Origin: Oculina patagonica
Lineage: Eukaryota
Assembly (NCBI RefSeq): GCF_052425735.1
Contig: NC_135758.1
Span: 39,866,001-39,930,000, forward strand
Direction: 5' to 3'
Length of the DNA stretch: 64,000 nt
Both the position numbers and the translations under genes were made by a program. Below the pieces are notes generated by a model. It was not told the origin of the DNA, made no database searches, and saw only the letters and a program-made list of their open reading frames with translations. Below, piece by piece: positions 1-10,782 of the stretch (position 1 is the stretch's first letter; each line of letters opens with the position of its first letter).

Positions 1-71
1 ATTCCCTAAAGCATGCATGCATAAAGCACCAATAACACAGACTTATGGCCATAAATGCTCAAACCTGATTG

Positions 72-367
72 CAGGGTTCGTACTCTTTTGAGCATTTGAA
101 ATTCCATGACTTTCCATAACCTTTTCCATGACCTAAAAATGTGACCATTTTTCTTGGAAATTTTTAAAAAAATTATTATCTTGATTTTGGGTATGTTTTT
201 GCCCTTTTCTTAAAAAAAAATACCTGGTGCATAAATTATTTTGTATAATCAATACCATGACTTTCCATGACCCACACTTAAATTCCTTGACTTCCCATGC
301 AGGCCTGGAAAATGAAATTCTTAAATTCCATGACTTTCCGGGTTTTCAATGACCCGTACGAACCCTG
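72..367. mobile_element. MITE with CAGGGTTCGTAC TIRs and internal TTCCATGAC repeats
   Basis: 12-bp perfect TIR. A terminal fragment of the same family lies in reverse orientation at ~42480-42556. No clear TSD. Confidence 0.75.
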
Positions 368-808
368 TCATTGGCTCACAATCGAAAAATGAGTACTCTG
401 CGCACACTCAAAAAATCGGACTTGGCCAGAGTCCACATTCTAGGTGCTGAGCAGACCAAAAGAAAGGTAGGTACTGGGGATGAGATTGGGTTTTTTTGTC
501 ACACAAATTTGAATTCAACAAAAAATTAGTTGGGTAAAATTAGTTGGGACTAACTATTCTGAACTCAATTCATGCAGTGAGACAATAGTGAGACAGTTGA
601 TGACATATTATGCCACGTAACACTCAGTTCATGTAGTGAATACTACACAGCACTCCTGTTAGCCTAACTTGCACTTCAGTTAGCCTGAATAGCGTTTGGT
701 TAGCCTAACTAGCGCTCTGGTTAGCCTATACTCTAGCTTAGGTTGCTTGTGGTTAGCCTTTATGAAAGGGTTGGGATTTCTAGCTAAAAAATTCAGAATT
801 CTGGTAAC

Positions 809-1242
809 TATACCTGCCAACTTTTTCTGAGTCAAAGGCACGAGATTTTTATCCTGAGAGTGCCAGGATTTCCGAAGATGATACGACCACATCTGAAGTT
901 TTCGAAGACGTCCGAGGTATTCCGAAGACATTCCAAACATATCCTGATCCCAGTGCGTGAATGTGTTTTGCTAAACACGACCAAGTTCCCAATGCTTTTC
1001 TTGTCAAAACTAGTAGATTTCGGGGAAAGTATCATCATTTATTCATTTTATATGGAGTTTTCATTTCTCACATTGGTTTGAGTTTACATATTTTTGGAAA
1101 GTGTGTCAGCTATGGTTGTAATAACTCACATTTTTCGACTAGGCATGAGAAATTGGTTCATGAGCGTGAGTTGGCATGAGATAGAAGTTTTCAACTCGCA
1201 GGTGTGAGACTCGTGCCTAAGGCGTGAGAGTTGGCAGGTATA
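809..1242. mobile_element. Non-autonomous DNA transposon (TATACCTGCCAACT TIR)
   Basis: 14-bp TIR, GGTAAC on both flanks, 17-bp tandem duplication of the right end. Related degenerate copy at ~37120-37390. Confidence 0.75.
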
Positions 1243-1988
1243 GGTAACTGGCAGGTATAGGTAACCCGGGTTCGAATCCTCTTGGTGTCAACTGTTTTTT
1301 AACTTTAAAAAAGTAAAGTATGATTCATACCTCATGTATGAAAAAAATAAGAGGTCTCACTACATGAACTGTAGTATGACTCCCATAATTAATTATCAAC
1401 TTTTTGATTGACATTGTACCGGTAATGAAACTCGAAAATATTTGTCAGATCAGGTGCAATACCTTCCAGATGGTGGCTTGACATGATGAAAACGGCAACT
1501 GCTTCCATATGAACATGATCCTTGGAGATAATACTTACAAATCTTTGGAAGAAAAAAATCAAAATTCTACTGAAAAACTGGAAACAAGCAAACCTACAGT
1601 TGGCAATGAAAGCCTGATGTATTTGCAGACTTGCAGAAATAAAAAGTTTAATTAGTTTAAGTCATGATTCAACACACATAAATGATGATGCTTCCACATG
1701 AATATTACCGGTAGGTGACTACGAAAATAGATGTTCAATCAAACACAAATCACAATGTGGCAAATAAAAAAATTATATGCCTGCAGTGTAATTAACTATA
1801 TGAAAAGATCAGGGACTGCAGAATATTTTTCCGATTGGAGAGGGGGGACTGACTAGTGACTTGAAGTGGGGGGGGGGGGGGGGCTTTTGAGACTCTTCTT
1901 TCAAGTGAGTGTTTTTCCCCTGCTCTGTTGTCCCTGTATATTAAATATTAAAATTTTATTGCACTTCTTATTTGTAAGGATCACATAC

Positions 1989-2946
1989 CATAGACGGTTT
2001 TTCTTTTAAGTCATGGGAGTACTGGCAGTTTTCTCCTTCCCTGCAGACTCCATGCATGTAATACCTGTTAAAAACAGATTATTTGGTGACTGTCACAGCA
2101 GAATGAGGAAAATGCTTTGAACATAAACAGTCCATACAAAATGGTGCCCACTCTGATCCCTTAGATGTTACCTCACTTAAGGTCATCTTGTTAGTTCTAT
2201 TAAGAAAGTCCCACTCTCTCTTGCAGATGAGAAGGGAGGGGGTAGGGGATAGAAACCTGGGAGTAGAAGCAGGTCCCAAAAGTGGGGGAGGGGCGTGGTC
2301 AGGCCAGGAGCCATAAAACTTTTGCTGTACATACAGCCTGGAGCCCATTTTAGTGCTTGCAACGTCTATATAATTCTGCTGCAGAGCGTGGAGCCCGGAA
2401 AACGTTTCCACAGACCCCAGAGCCCCGTTTTTGGGGGGGCCTGGAGCAAAACTTTTTAGGGTCCAGAGCCCGGCCAGAGCCCTCAACACCTTTGAGACCC
2501 TGAAGCTACAAAGAATCAATCAAGAAGGGTTAGAAAGCAGGAGAAAATGGAAAAAATTAATTTTATCTTTCAATGGATGATTTAGAGGAAAGGCTACAAC
2601 TGACAGGAAGCGAGAACTTCTTCCCCTTCCCTTCGCGCCGGGGGTCCAGTGATGGGCCGGTGATAAGGTGTTTGGCCTCCTGGTGAAATATCACTATTAA
2701 CACGATCACAGTGAAAGGATTATACTGACAATCCATCACCATAATTTGACAAAGTAAATAAAGTAAGATCCTAAAAAGTTCTAAGGATATCAAAAGTTTC
2801 AGCCGGTGTTAACATAAAAACCGTACGTACCTGCATAAGATCTGTTTCGTCGCCGATGATGACCTTTAGAGAGAAGAGATCGTAAGATATCAAGAAAGAA
2901 ATAAGGTAGAAACCATAAATACACTCTACCCTTGATGAACAGCCAT
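1989..2946 (-). CDS. Makorin RING/CCCH zinc-finger E3 ligase, 5' three exons only (gene appears to continue beyond window start)
   Basis: Exons 2946-2930, 2863-2831 and 2064-1989 with GT-AG junctions splice to [42 protein letters not shown]. This matches the first CCCH finger of makorins (TKQ.TCRYFMHGVC.EG..C.YSHD). MKRN1 vs MKRN2 not resolvable. Confidence 0.85.
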
Positions 2947-3196
2947 TTAGGAATCCCTCAACGTGCTTCGAGACGGTGAAAGATGCGATTGCAGACGAAG
3001 TGTGAAATCAATTTTCATATTGACATTTTTACGGATTACCGCTGACCTTTTTGCAAAGGTTTGTGGGTAATTTCTTTGCTGCATACTAATGCGCATGCCT
3101 GCCACGTCAACCAGCTGGCAAGAAGTACGACAGGCGTCGACACCGGTAAAGTCACCGACAAGCAAGCAAACAAGCTGTCATTTTCGTCCTTCCGAA
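2947..3196. promoter_or_regulatory. Bidirectional promoter region makorin/SLC39A7
   Basis: Divergent start codons 250 bp apart, CpG-rich. NRF1-like GCGCATGC at ~3091 and TGCCACGTCA at 3100-3109. Confidence 0.65.
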
Positions 3197-6100
3197 ATGG
3201 CTGTAAGAATGCTTTGGGTTTTTCTCTTCTTTTTCCTGTTTTCGGCTACACATAGCTTGGATAATGACGATCATGGTAATGTTGAAGTAGAGCACGGTCA
3301 TGTTCACAAACATCCTCACGAAGAGGAACATCATCACCATCATAGCGAAGATCATCATGACCATAGCCACGAAGATCACGATCGTCACGACCATAGCCAC
3401 GATCATCACGGCCATAGCCACGATCATCACGAGGAGAAAGTTCCTCATCACGGGACTAGCTCTTCTACCAAGCTACCAGCTCAAAGTGGAACCTTGACCA
3501 AATGGCTTCAAGCTATTGCCGCGACATTGCTGATCAGCGCAGCACCCTTCTTCATCCTGTTCTTCATTCCGCTGCAGAGCAACTCGGCCGAACAGCAACC
3601 GCTGTTGAAAGTTCTACTGGCTTTCGCTTCAGGAGGGCTTTTGGGAGATGCATTTCTCCATTTAATTCCTCATGCTATTTCACCGCACTCGCACGGGAGC
3701 GCCGATGGCCATGAGCACTCGCATTCTCACTCTCACTCTCACAGCCACGAAGCAGGCGGACATCACGATCATTCGTCAGAGATGGCAGTCGGTTTGTGGG
3801 TTCTAGCTGGTTTGATAGCCTTTCTCATGGTAGAGAAGTTTGTTCGGCTCGTAAAAGGGGGACATGGCCACTCTCATAGCGCCCTGAAAGTTGAAGCTAA
3901 GAACGGGGATGTCGCGAAAAAAACCGGTAGCGACGAGAAAGACACTCTACCCGAGGAGAACGACCAAGAATTGCGAAGAAGAAAAAAGACAGACGAGGCA
4001 ACACAGAACGAAACAAAAACAGAAAATACCCCAGGTAAAGTAACCAATGCTTCTGTGAAAATACGGTAAAATAAAACGTTGGCCTAGATTTTACCGTCAC
4101 GTTTTTTAAATTTTTAATTTCATTTACAGAACAACAAAGCCTGCTCTTTTTTTGAAAACCATTTTTAATCGTTCTTACTATAATTTGACACGTAAGTGGG
4201 TCTCGTCGAATTTTATTCAATTTGTACTGTGTGAATGAATGTTTGCCCCCAGCATAATTATAAATCGGTCACGCTTTCCACCGTCCGTAGAATTTATTTA
4301 CAAGAAGATCTTGAAATTTTCTGACTCGATGCGCAAATCATCAACATCAATTTCTCGGTGCTTTACTCAACAGCTGTAGTTTCTCATGGTACTGTTTTTA
4401 TTTTAACAAAAATCCATTAATTTTGAGAGTATTATTTCAGCTTTTTCGAGGCTTTCGAGTTTTAAATCAATAGATATCAGATCTGTGTGACGTGCAAAAA
4501 ATCCATATGCAAATTTTTAGTCTTCGTCGACGTGTCAGTGTGAAATTGATCCTTGTGGCTGAATAAATATTGCCAAGCGAAGACGCTGTATTTCGTGTTA
4601 AAATCTTAATTTTGGCTATCTTAGACAGGATTTAAGTGTTATTTTTTCAATTTGGATAGATGTTTTTACGTTTATTGTGATAAATTGAAATGTTGCAATT
4701 TTTGTACTTTTTTTTCAATATTTTGAGGTCTTATAAATAAAATATTTTACTGATCATTTTACATTTGTAGGATTGTCGAAAATGGAGTTTTCTCTAAATT
4801 TCCACTGAGGCAAATAAACCTTTTTAGCTGTATAATCTATTTTGTTTCAATTCTGGCCACTGATTACAGTAAAAAACAGGTTTCTCTACCTGTAGCACAT
4901 GGTTGTCGTAGCAACATTTCTGCTCCAGTGCCATCCCTTTGTTCAGTTCATAAGTTTTTTGTTTACCTGAATTTAACACTCATTATATCGTGAAAATTTT
5001 AATTTTCAATGTAACAAGGCAAATTTATCATTCCTTGGGGCATGTTGCAGTCGGCTGTTCTTTTTGGATTTCATGTCCTTTTATAGAAATAAAATATAAT
5101 ATACATTAGCATCAGTGGAAGGGAGGTTAGAGGACACGAAGGGGACTGGAGTGAAGACAGGCAAATTTGTTGTCTAAAGGCCTGTCCAAACGGCAAATGT
5201 TCGGCAATCAACACGATCAAACATTGTTTGGTGACCAAACATGATGACGTGATACCGAGTGTCCAAACGGTATCAAACATGTTTGATCAACAGTAAGAAT
5301 TAGCCGCAAGGAACTGGGTCGAGAACGCAATCTCGTTGTGTTCCTGAACTGAAGCGATCTTGTATTTAATGTCTGCTACTGGAATGTCCAGTTTTTCCTT
5401 TATTTTTTCGTACGCCATATCACGTATGTCCTTAAGATGATATTCGTTAGGAAAACAGTCCCACAGGCACGGATGCCGCTTAAACAGATCGAGCATGGTA
5501 TTTACTTCTCCGTCCCTCCATTTCCTTGCCTTTTGTGTCTCCGTTTCTTCGCTCGCCACCATTAAACAGCTGATTGTGGGTAAGCAGCACGCGGTTTCTA
5601 TGGATACGAGTCAAAGAGCGAGCCCAGAACGCATGCGCGCGCAAAACATGTTTGACAAAGCCGTCCAAACGAAAAATTGTTTTACGATGTTTGATGAAAT
5701 GTTTGACGACGTTCAAATTTTATCAAACACAATCAAACACGATCAAACAAGGTGTCGAAACGAAAAAATGTTTGGTCACCAAACAATGTTTGATCGTGTT
5801 TGATCGCCAAACATTTCCCGTTTGGACAGGCCTTAATAAGGGAGAAGGGCCTAAAAATATTTTGGCCCTTTGGGCATTATATTTTTTAGCAATATTATGA
5901 GGAGGGGAAGGAGAAGGCACACTCCCTTGGACTCTCCCCTAGATTTACCACTAATAAATACAGTTGAATTTCGATAACTCAAACCTTCAAGGGGAATTTT
6001 AAAAAGGTTCCAGTTATTGAGGGGTTTGTGTTATAATTTGAGAGTAAAGTTAGTAAGAACATGACCTGGAGCAGAATTGAAATAGGTTCAAGTAAGCTTG

Positions 6101-7688
6101 AAGTTCGAGTTATCGAGCATTTGAGTTATTGAGATTGAATTGTATTGATAGCAAGATGAGAGCCTGGTATTACAGCAAGGCGCCCAAAAGTGTGACCACT
6201 TTTAATTTATTCACATTCTTTCGTGCAGATTTAATCCAATCAAAAGCCGTGGATAGCTTGCAGTTGACTTCTGATTGGATTAAATCTGCACGAAAGAATG
6301 TGAATAAATTAAAAGTGGTCACACTTTTGGGCGCCTTGCTGTAAGCAGTTCTTTTGTTTTATATCAAAGAGCCCTGGACATGGTTATTGACAGAATTGTT
6401 CAGAGTCACCCATGCTGTGATCAGTAGTATCGTTTAAAATGACAAAGCTTGTTTTCTCACCTCTTTATCTGTTTTTCTTGCAGAACCACATGACCATGAA
6501 GAGGAAATTAAAGTGGCAGGCTACTTAAATCTTGCTGCAGATTTCACTCATAACTTCACTGATGGGCTGGCTATTGGAGCCTCATTTCTTGCGAGTCGCA
6601 AAATTGGCATAATCACAACTATCACAATCCTTCTGCATGAAGTTCCTCACGAGATTGGAGACTTTGCTATCCTGGTGCAATCTGGATGCAACAAGAGAAA
6701 GGTATGTACAGTGTGCAGAAAACTTTGGGCCTGCAGTAATTGGCCTTGCTGTTGCGGGTCCCCTGCCTTAAGTTTACTGTTAGTTGTATGTGTTATTTAT
6801 AAGGCGAAGCTACTAAAATATATTAATAAACTTTGACAGTCCAGTGCACAGTACTGAAACAAAACACCTGTGCGACAGTGAGTCACAATATTTAAATTGT
6901 CACCATATGAATACCGATATTTGAACAAATTATATTGCGGTCATATCGTGATATTACCGTACAGTAAAATATTCTTTATCAGCATTAAATAAGAAACTAC
7001 TGTATCTAATGACTTCTTACCTAGATCAGAGCCTTCATATCGCTGCACATTCTTCCAATCTCATATTTTTCAAGATGGCGATAGAGACACATACGTATTT
7101 CCAATTAGTAGTCAGCTGACACAGCCTTGTGTGCCCATGAGCAAAAACATGCAGTTCATCAGTTTAGTAAGATAACATCACTTGTCAGTTGTATGTAATA
7201 TTGTATCCAATTGTGTAACTTATTGTGGGGCTTGATCAAGATATGTATTGTGACATGGAAAATGTATCATTGCAGCCCTACCAGCACACTAGCCATTAGG
7301 GCACCATACATGTACCTCCCAAATTCAGAACAGAGAATGTCCACAGGCAATGAATGAAAAATATGGAGATAAATCCTAATAAATTTATGTTAAGAGTTTT
7401 GATGTACAAAGCATAAACTTCTTTTTTTTTTTCCAGGCAATGTTACTTCAACTGACAACAGCAACTGGGGCTTTAGCTGGTACAGTGTGTGGCTTATTGG
7501 CAGAAAACATTGGAGATTCTGCCACCCTATGGATCTTGCCTTTCACAGCAGGAGGCTTCATATATATCGCAACAGTGTCAGTCATTCCTGAATTACTAGA
7601 AGACACTAAACTGGGACAGTCCATTAAAGAAATTCTTGGATTGTTCGTTGGAGTTTTGATGATGGTTCTAATTGCTAAGTTTGAGTAA
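3197..7688 (+). CDS. SLC39A7: ER zinc transporter ZIP7 (KE4), 3 exons, ~435 aa
   Basis: Exons 3197-4034, 6484-6701, 7437-7688 (1308 nt, in frame). Signal peptide, His-rich N-terminus, [76 protein letters not shown]. Confidence 0.96.
5178..5833 (-). mobile_element. PIF/Harbinger deletion derivative carrying a MADF/Myb-SANT fragment
   Basis: TIR AGGCCTGTCCAAACGG with long subterminal inverted repeats and TAA TSD (5175-5177, 5834-5836). Internal ORF 5287-5562 (-) reads KW...[12 protein letters not shown]....[11 protein letters not shown], a MADF-like DNA-binding domain. Confidence 0.85.
6173..6341. mobile_element. Foldback MITE (TA TSD) forming a near-perfect hairpin in SLC39A7 intron 1
   Basis: 6170-6242 is the exact reverse complement of 6272-6344, with a 29-nt spacer. 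CAG...CTG ends flanked by TA. Confidence 0.8.
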
Positions 7689-8663
7689 TTAAAAATGGGA
7701 CATTAAGTGGTAAATAATAATATCATTAGACTGCAAGCCCAGGTCTTCTATTCACGAGCATGCAAATTCAACAGTCACTCTGACATGGAGTTGGTTAATT
7801 ATTTTTAGTAGACACTAAAAGCACTTGGGACGGTTTAAATCACATGTGTATGCATAGTAAAAGTTATGACTTGGTATCAGGCATTTTTTTCCAGTGCCAA
7901 AAAAGGGTCTGAATGCAGGTTAGAAATTAAATTTATTTCAGTATTTTTTCAGTTTGAATGAATAGTTAAAAGACATTTCACTTTTAAAATTTTAAAATGC
8001 GTGACAAAAATTATGTGTGCTACTGACTTATAATAAAGTCAGCAATGGCCTTGGAGAGCTGAAAAGATATACAGATTTACAATAGACAGAAAGAAATTTG
8101 TGGATATTCTAACTATGTCATGTAAAAATTAATTCTATTAACTGAAGGCTTTCCCTCTTACAGATGCCACACATAATTCAATCAGAGGTTAATGTTAGGT
8201 GTATATATGTTGAAAACACAAATTGAATGTAATATATTTTTCTCTTTTGTCTTCAACATTTTTGCACTAGATGTTTTCTAATTAAGATTATATTGTTAGT
8301 TTTATTTGCCTTCAATTTTTACAATCCTGTTTTAGTGCTAAGAATTTTTAGTTAATATTAATAACAAATGCAATGAAAATAGATTTCTACCAGGGTTGGA
8401 CATAAACACACCTTCAGTGCCTTTGGTTGTTAAGTTTTTTTCTCATAGTTGGCTAACATGCTCTATACCTTTTGCCACATAAGCCACCACTGAACGAAGT
8501 CCAAGAACAGAAATGAAAAGATGATGAAACCTCTGACACCCACGCCGACCAAAAGAGACTATTATCGGGGTAAAAAGGGGTAATTTCTTTGTGTGCAATG
8601 TCTAGATGTGCCTGCAGGGAATCTCAATCACGGCAGTTCTATTTAACAAAACATGTCCAAGAC

Positions 8664-8911
8664 TAGCCTCCTCCGAAGGGTACTCCTTGTAATCCTTAAT
8701 ATTGGGATTCCTGTGGAAGCAAAGGAGAAGAGAGAAAACTGGGACTAGTAGAATAAGAGAGGAAAACTCTGGATGATGGGGTCGGGAAAAAAGTGAGGGG
8801 GGGTTACCTTTCTCCCTCTCCCCCTCCCTCTTGTCTTTTCTTGCTCAGTTTCTCTTCTGTCGGTCCCAGTCTCTCTTCTTTAACAAAGGGAGTTGCCTGC
8901 GGAGGAGGCTA
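8664..8911. mobile_element. TAGCC-terminus MITE, 9-bp TSD
   Basis: TAGCCTCCTCCG...CGGAGGAGGCTA; flanks GTCCAAGAC / GTCCAGGAC. Confidence 0.8.
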
Positions 8912-9270
8912 GTCCAGGACTTTGCCAAGGCTGAATAAGAATACGGTGATTCCCCTGCAGGTGTGTCTGATAGTGTTTATTGGGCATTCACTGTTGTGTT
9001 TTGGGATGACATTTGAGAAACTTTTCCCACAATTTGGTTAACAGTTCCTCTTTCTTCCTTGGTGAAAGAGAAGGACGATGTTGGACTCTACATAGTTTTG
9101 AAATTCATTTTTTCCACACTCAGGCAAGGCCAGTATATTTTTGCACAAGGTGGGGATGCTGAAATGGGTACACTGGGAGATTCTTGTAGGACTAAAATAG
9201 CAATGTACCATGAACTTAAAGCAAAGTCAATATTAAAACAAATTTATTTCTGAATCTAGTGCCGTATTGA

Positions 9271-9502
9271 GAGGCCCTGCCAGGGGGGGTTCCCGTGTCG
9301 CTTGTCTAAATTTAAAAACGTGCCGTGTCGCTGTTTTATCGCTCTCCATGTTGCTGTCGGTAATTAAATTGAAGGAAAATTGCTTGTACATATCGGAATT
9401 TAAGTTTTTCCATAAGGGTTGTCGTTTGTCGCGATTTTATTAATATGCTGTCGCTACTTTTTGGGCCATGTCGCTTGTCGGAATTTACCCTGGCAGGGCC
9501 TC
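9271..9502. mobile_element. GAGGCC-terminus MITE, 6-bp TSD
   Basis: TIR GAGGCCCTGCCAGGG, internal TGTCGC repeats, TATTGA on both flanks. Confidence 0.85.
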
Positions 9503-10013
9503 TATTGAATTTTGTTTTTCGTCAGATCTACTGAAGTCGCCATGAAACTCACTTTGTGTCCAGGAATTCAAAGCAGAGTGTGTATACAAACAGGTTAAAT
9601 AGCGCTCAGTGCGCGGTAAATACTAGAGCTGCAACTGAAGTCAGTTGTAGAGTAATCTGCATAAGACCACTACGGCTAGTTATGGGTCAGGGGTACCTGT
9701 TTGGAAGGTCTGTTATCCCCTGGGATTTTCTTTAGTGAAATGTCACCTTGAACCTTCGTTATTTCGGAAATATAACACCTGTTGTTTTCGGAGAGGTAAA
9801 AATGTTGTTCTAGGTACGGAAAAACGCCAGCAAATTGGGGAAATGAGAATTTTTTCCCTAAAAGTTTCTGCCACTTTAATATTCAGCTAGAAACCCGAAA
9901 AGACTGATTTTACTATGCTAGTTCGCACAAATATCCATTTAAAAGGACCTGAAATGATAGGAAAAACAATACAACGACATTCCAGACTTTTGACTGAATT
10001 TCCTCGTTGGGAC

Positions 10014-10195
10014 CAGGGCCTTACCTAGCGAGCGGCAGAGGGGGCAGTTGCCGCCGCCAGGAAAACCAAATTTCTTGCATAGTGTTTGATTTTGCTAGGC
10101 TATTTCTTGTAGCTATACAGTATTGGAGTTTGCCCCCGCAGCGGAGTTTTGCAGAGTTTGGCCCCCGCAGACAAAAAACCCTAGGTACGGCCCTG
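10014..10195. mobile_element. CAGGG-terminus MITE, 5-bp TSD
   Basis: CAGGGCCTTACCTAG...CTAGGTACGGCCCTG; GGGAC on both flanks. Confidence 0.8.
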
Positions 10196-10782
10196 GGGAC
10201 AAAAGACTGATGAACGCCATGAAGACTGGGTTTCACAAGCGACGGGGTCGTAATCCTAATAAAGCGCAGATAGAGCGTTACAATCTAGCTAATGAAAATC
10301 AAATCGACGGAGACTGTCGTAAGCAGAGTTTCCGATTACCTCGTCGACGAAAGGGAAAAGACTGGGGACTAGTCATGATCGTCATGATCAGGGGAGATAA
10401 CCAAGAGTCGCAAACAGTGAGTGGGAAGCTACAACAGAAGGATAGCTGGGACACGTTCGTTTTTTCAGTTCAACGGTGAAAATGTTCTTGCAGCTTGGTA
10501 ACAAATTACTCCCTAACTACACCCCGTGAGGTCAAAAAGCTAGAGAATTAGATAAGACAGGAGCCTAATAAAGACCACTCGTTTCCTCTTCTTACATCTT
10601 TATTACTTATTTTGAATTCTTATTTTTATTGACATGATACTCATTAATGCTTCTTCTGAAAGCTTATTGCCAAAACAGGGAGAGTCTGGCCTTTCCAGCT
10701 CTTTCGACTAGAATAAGATTTGCGACGTTGGAGAGACAGGGCTTCTAATTTGTTGCAGTGAACTAAGCACCTCGTTGTCAGG

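Noticed and set aside
1481-1620. Box C (ATGATGA) and box D (CTGA) pattern suggesting a snoRNA
   Set aside because: Antisense to the host makorin intron, minimal terminal stem, no recognisable rRNA guide.
2079-2519. 146-aa minus-strand ORF
   Set aside because: Lies in makorin intron 2 over GGAGCCC-repeat sequence, with no domain similarity.
3089-3196. 36-codon N-terminal extension of the ZIP7 ORF in the ORF track
   Set aside because: The signal peptide begins at ATG 3197. The extension lies in the shared promoter.
3152-3497. Met/Val/Ile-rich and Thr/Ile-rich ORFs
   Set aside because: Antisense and alternate-frame shadows of the ZIP7 His repeat.
6249-6270. Hairpin loop translates VDSLQLT, like PRDX6 exon 4 (shared CTTGCAGTTGACT)
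   Set aside because: Only 13 identical nt. Matches of this length are expected by chance within 64 kb, and there is no flanking similarity.
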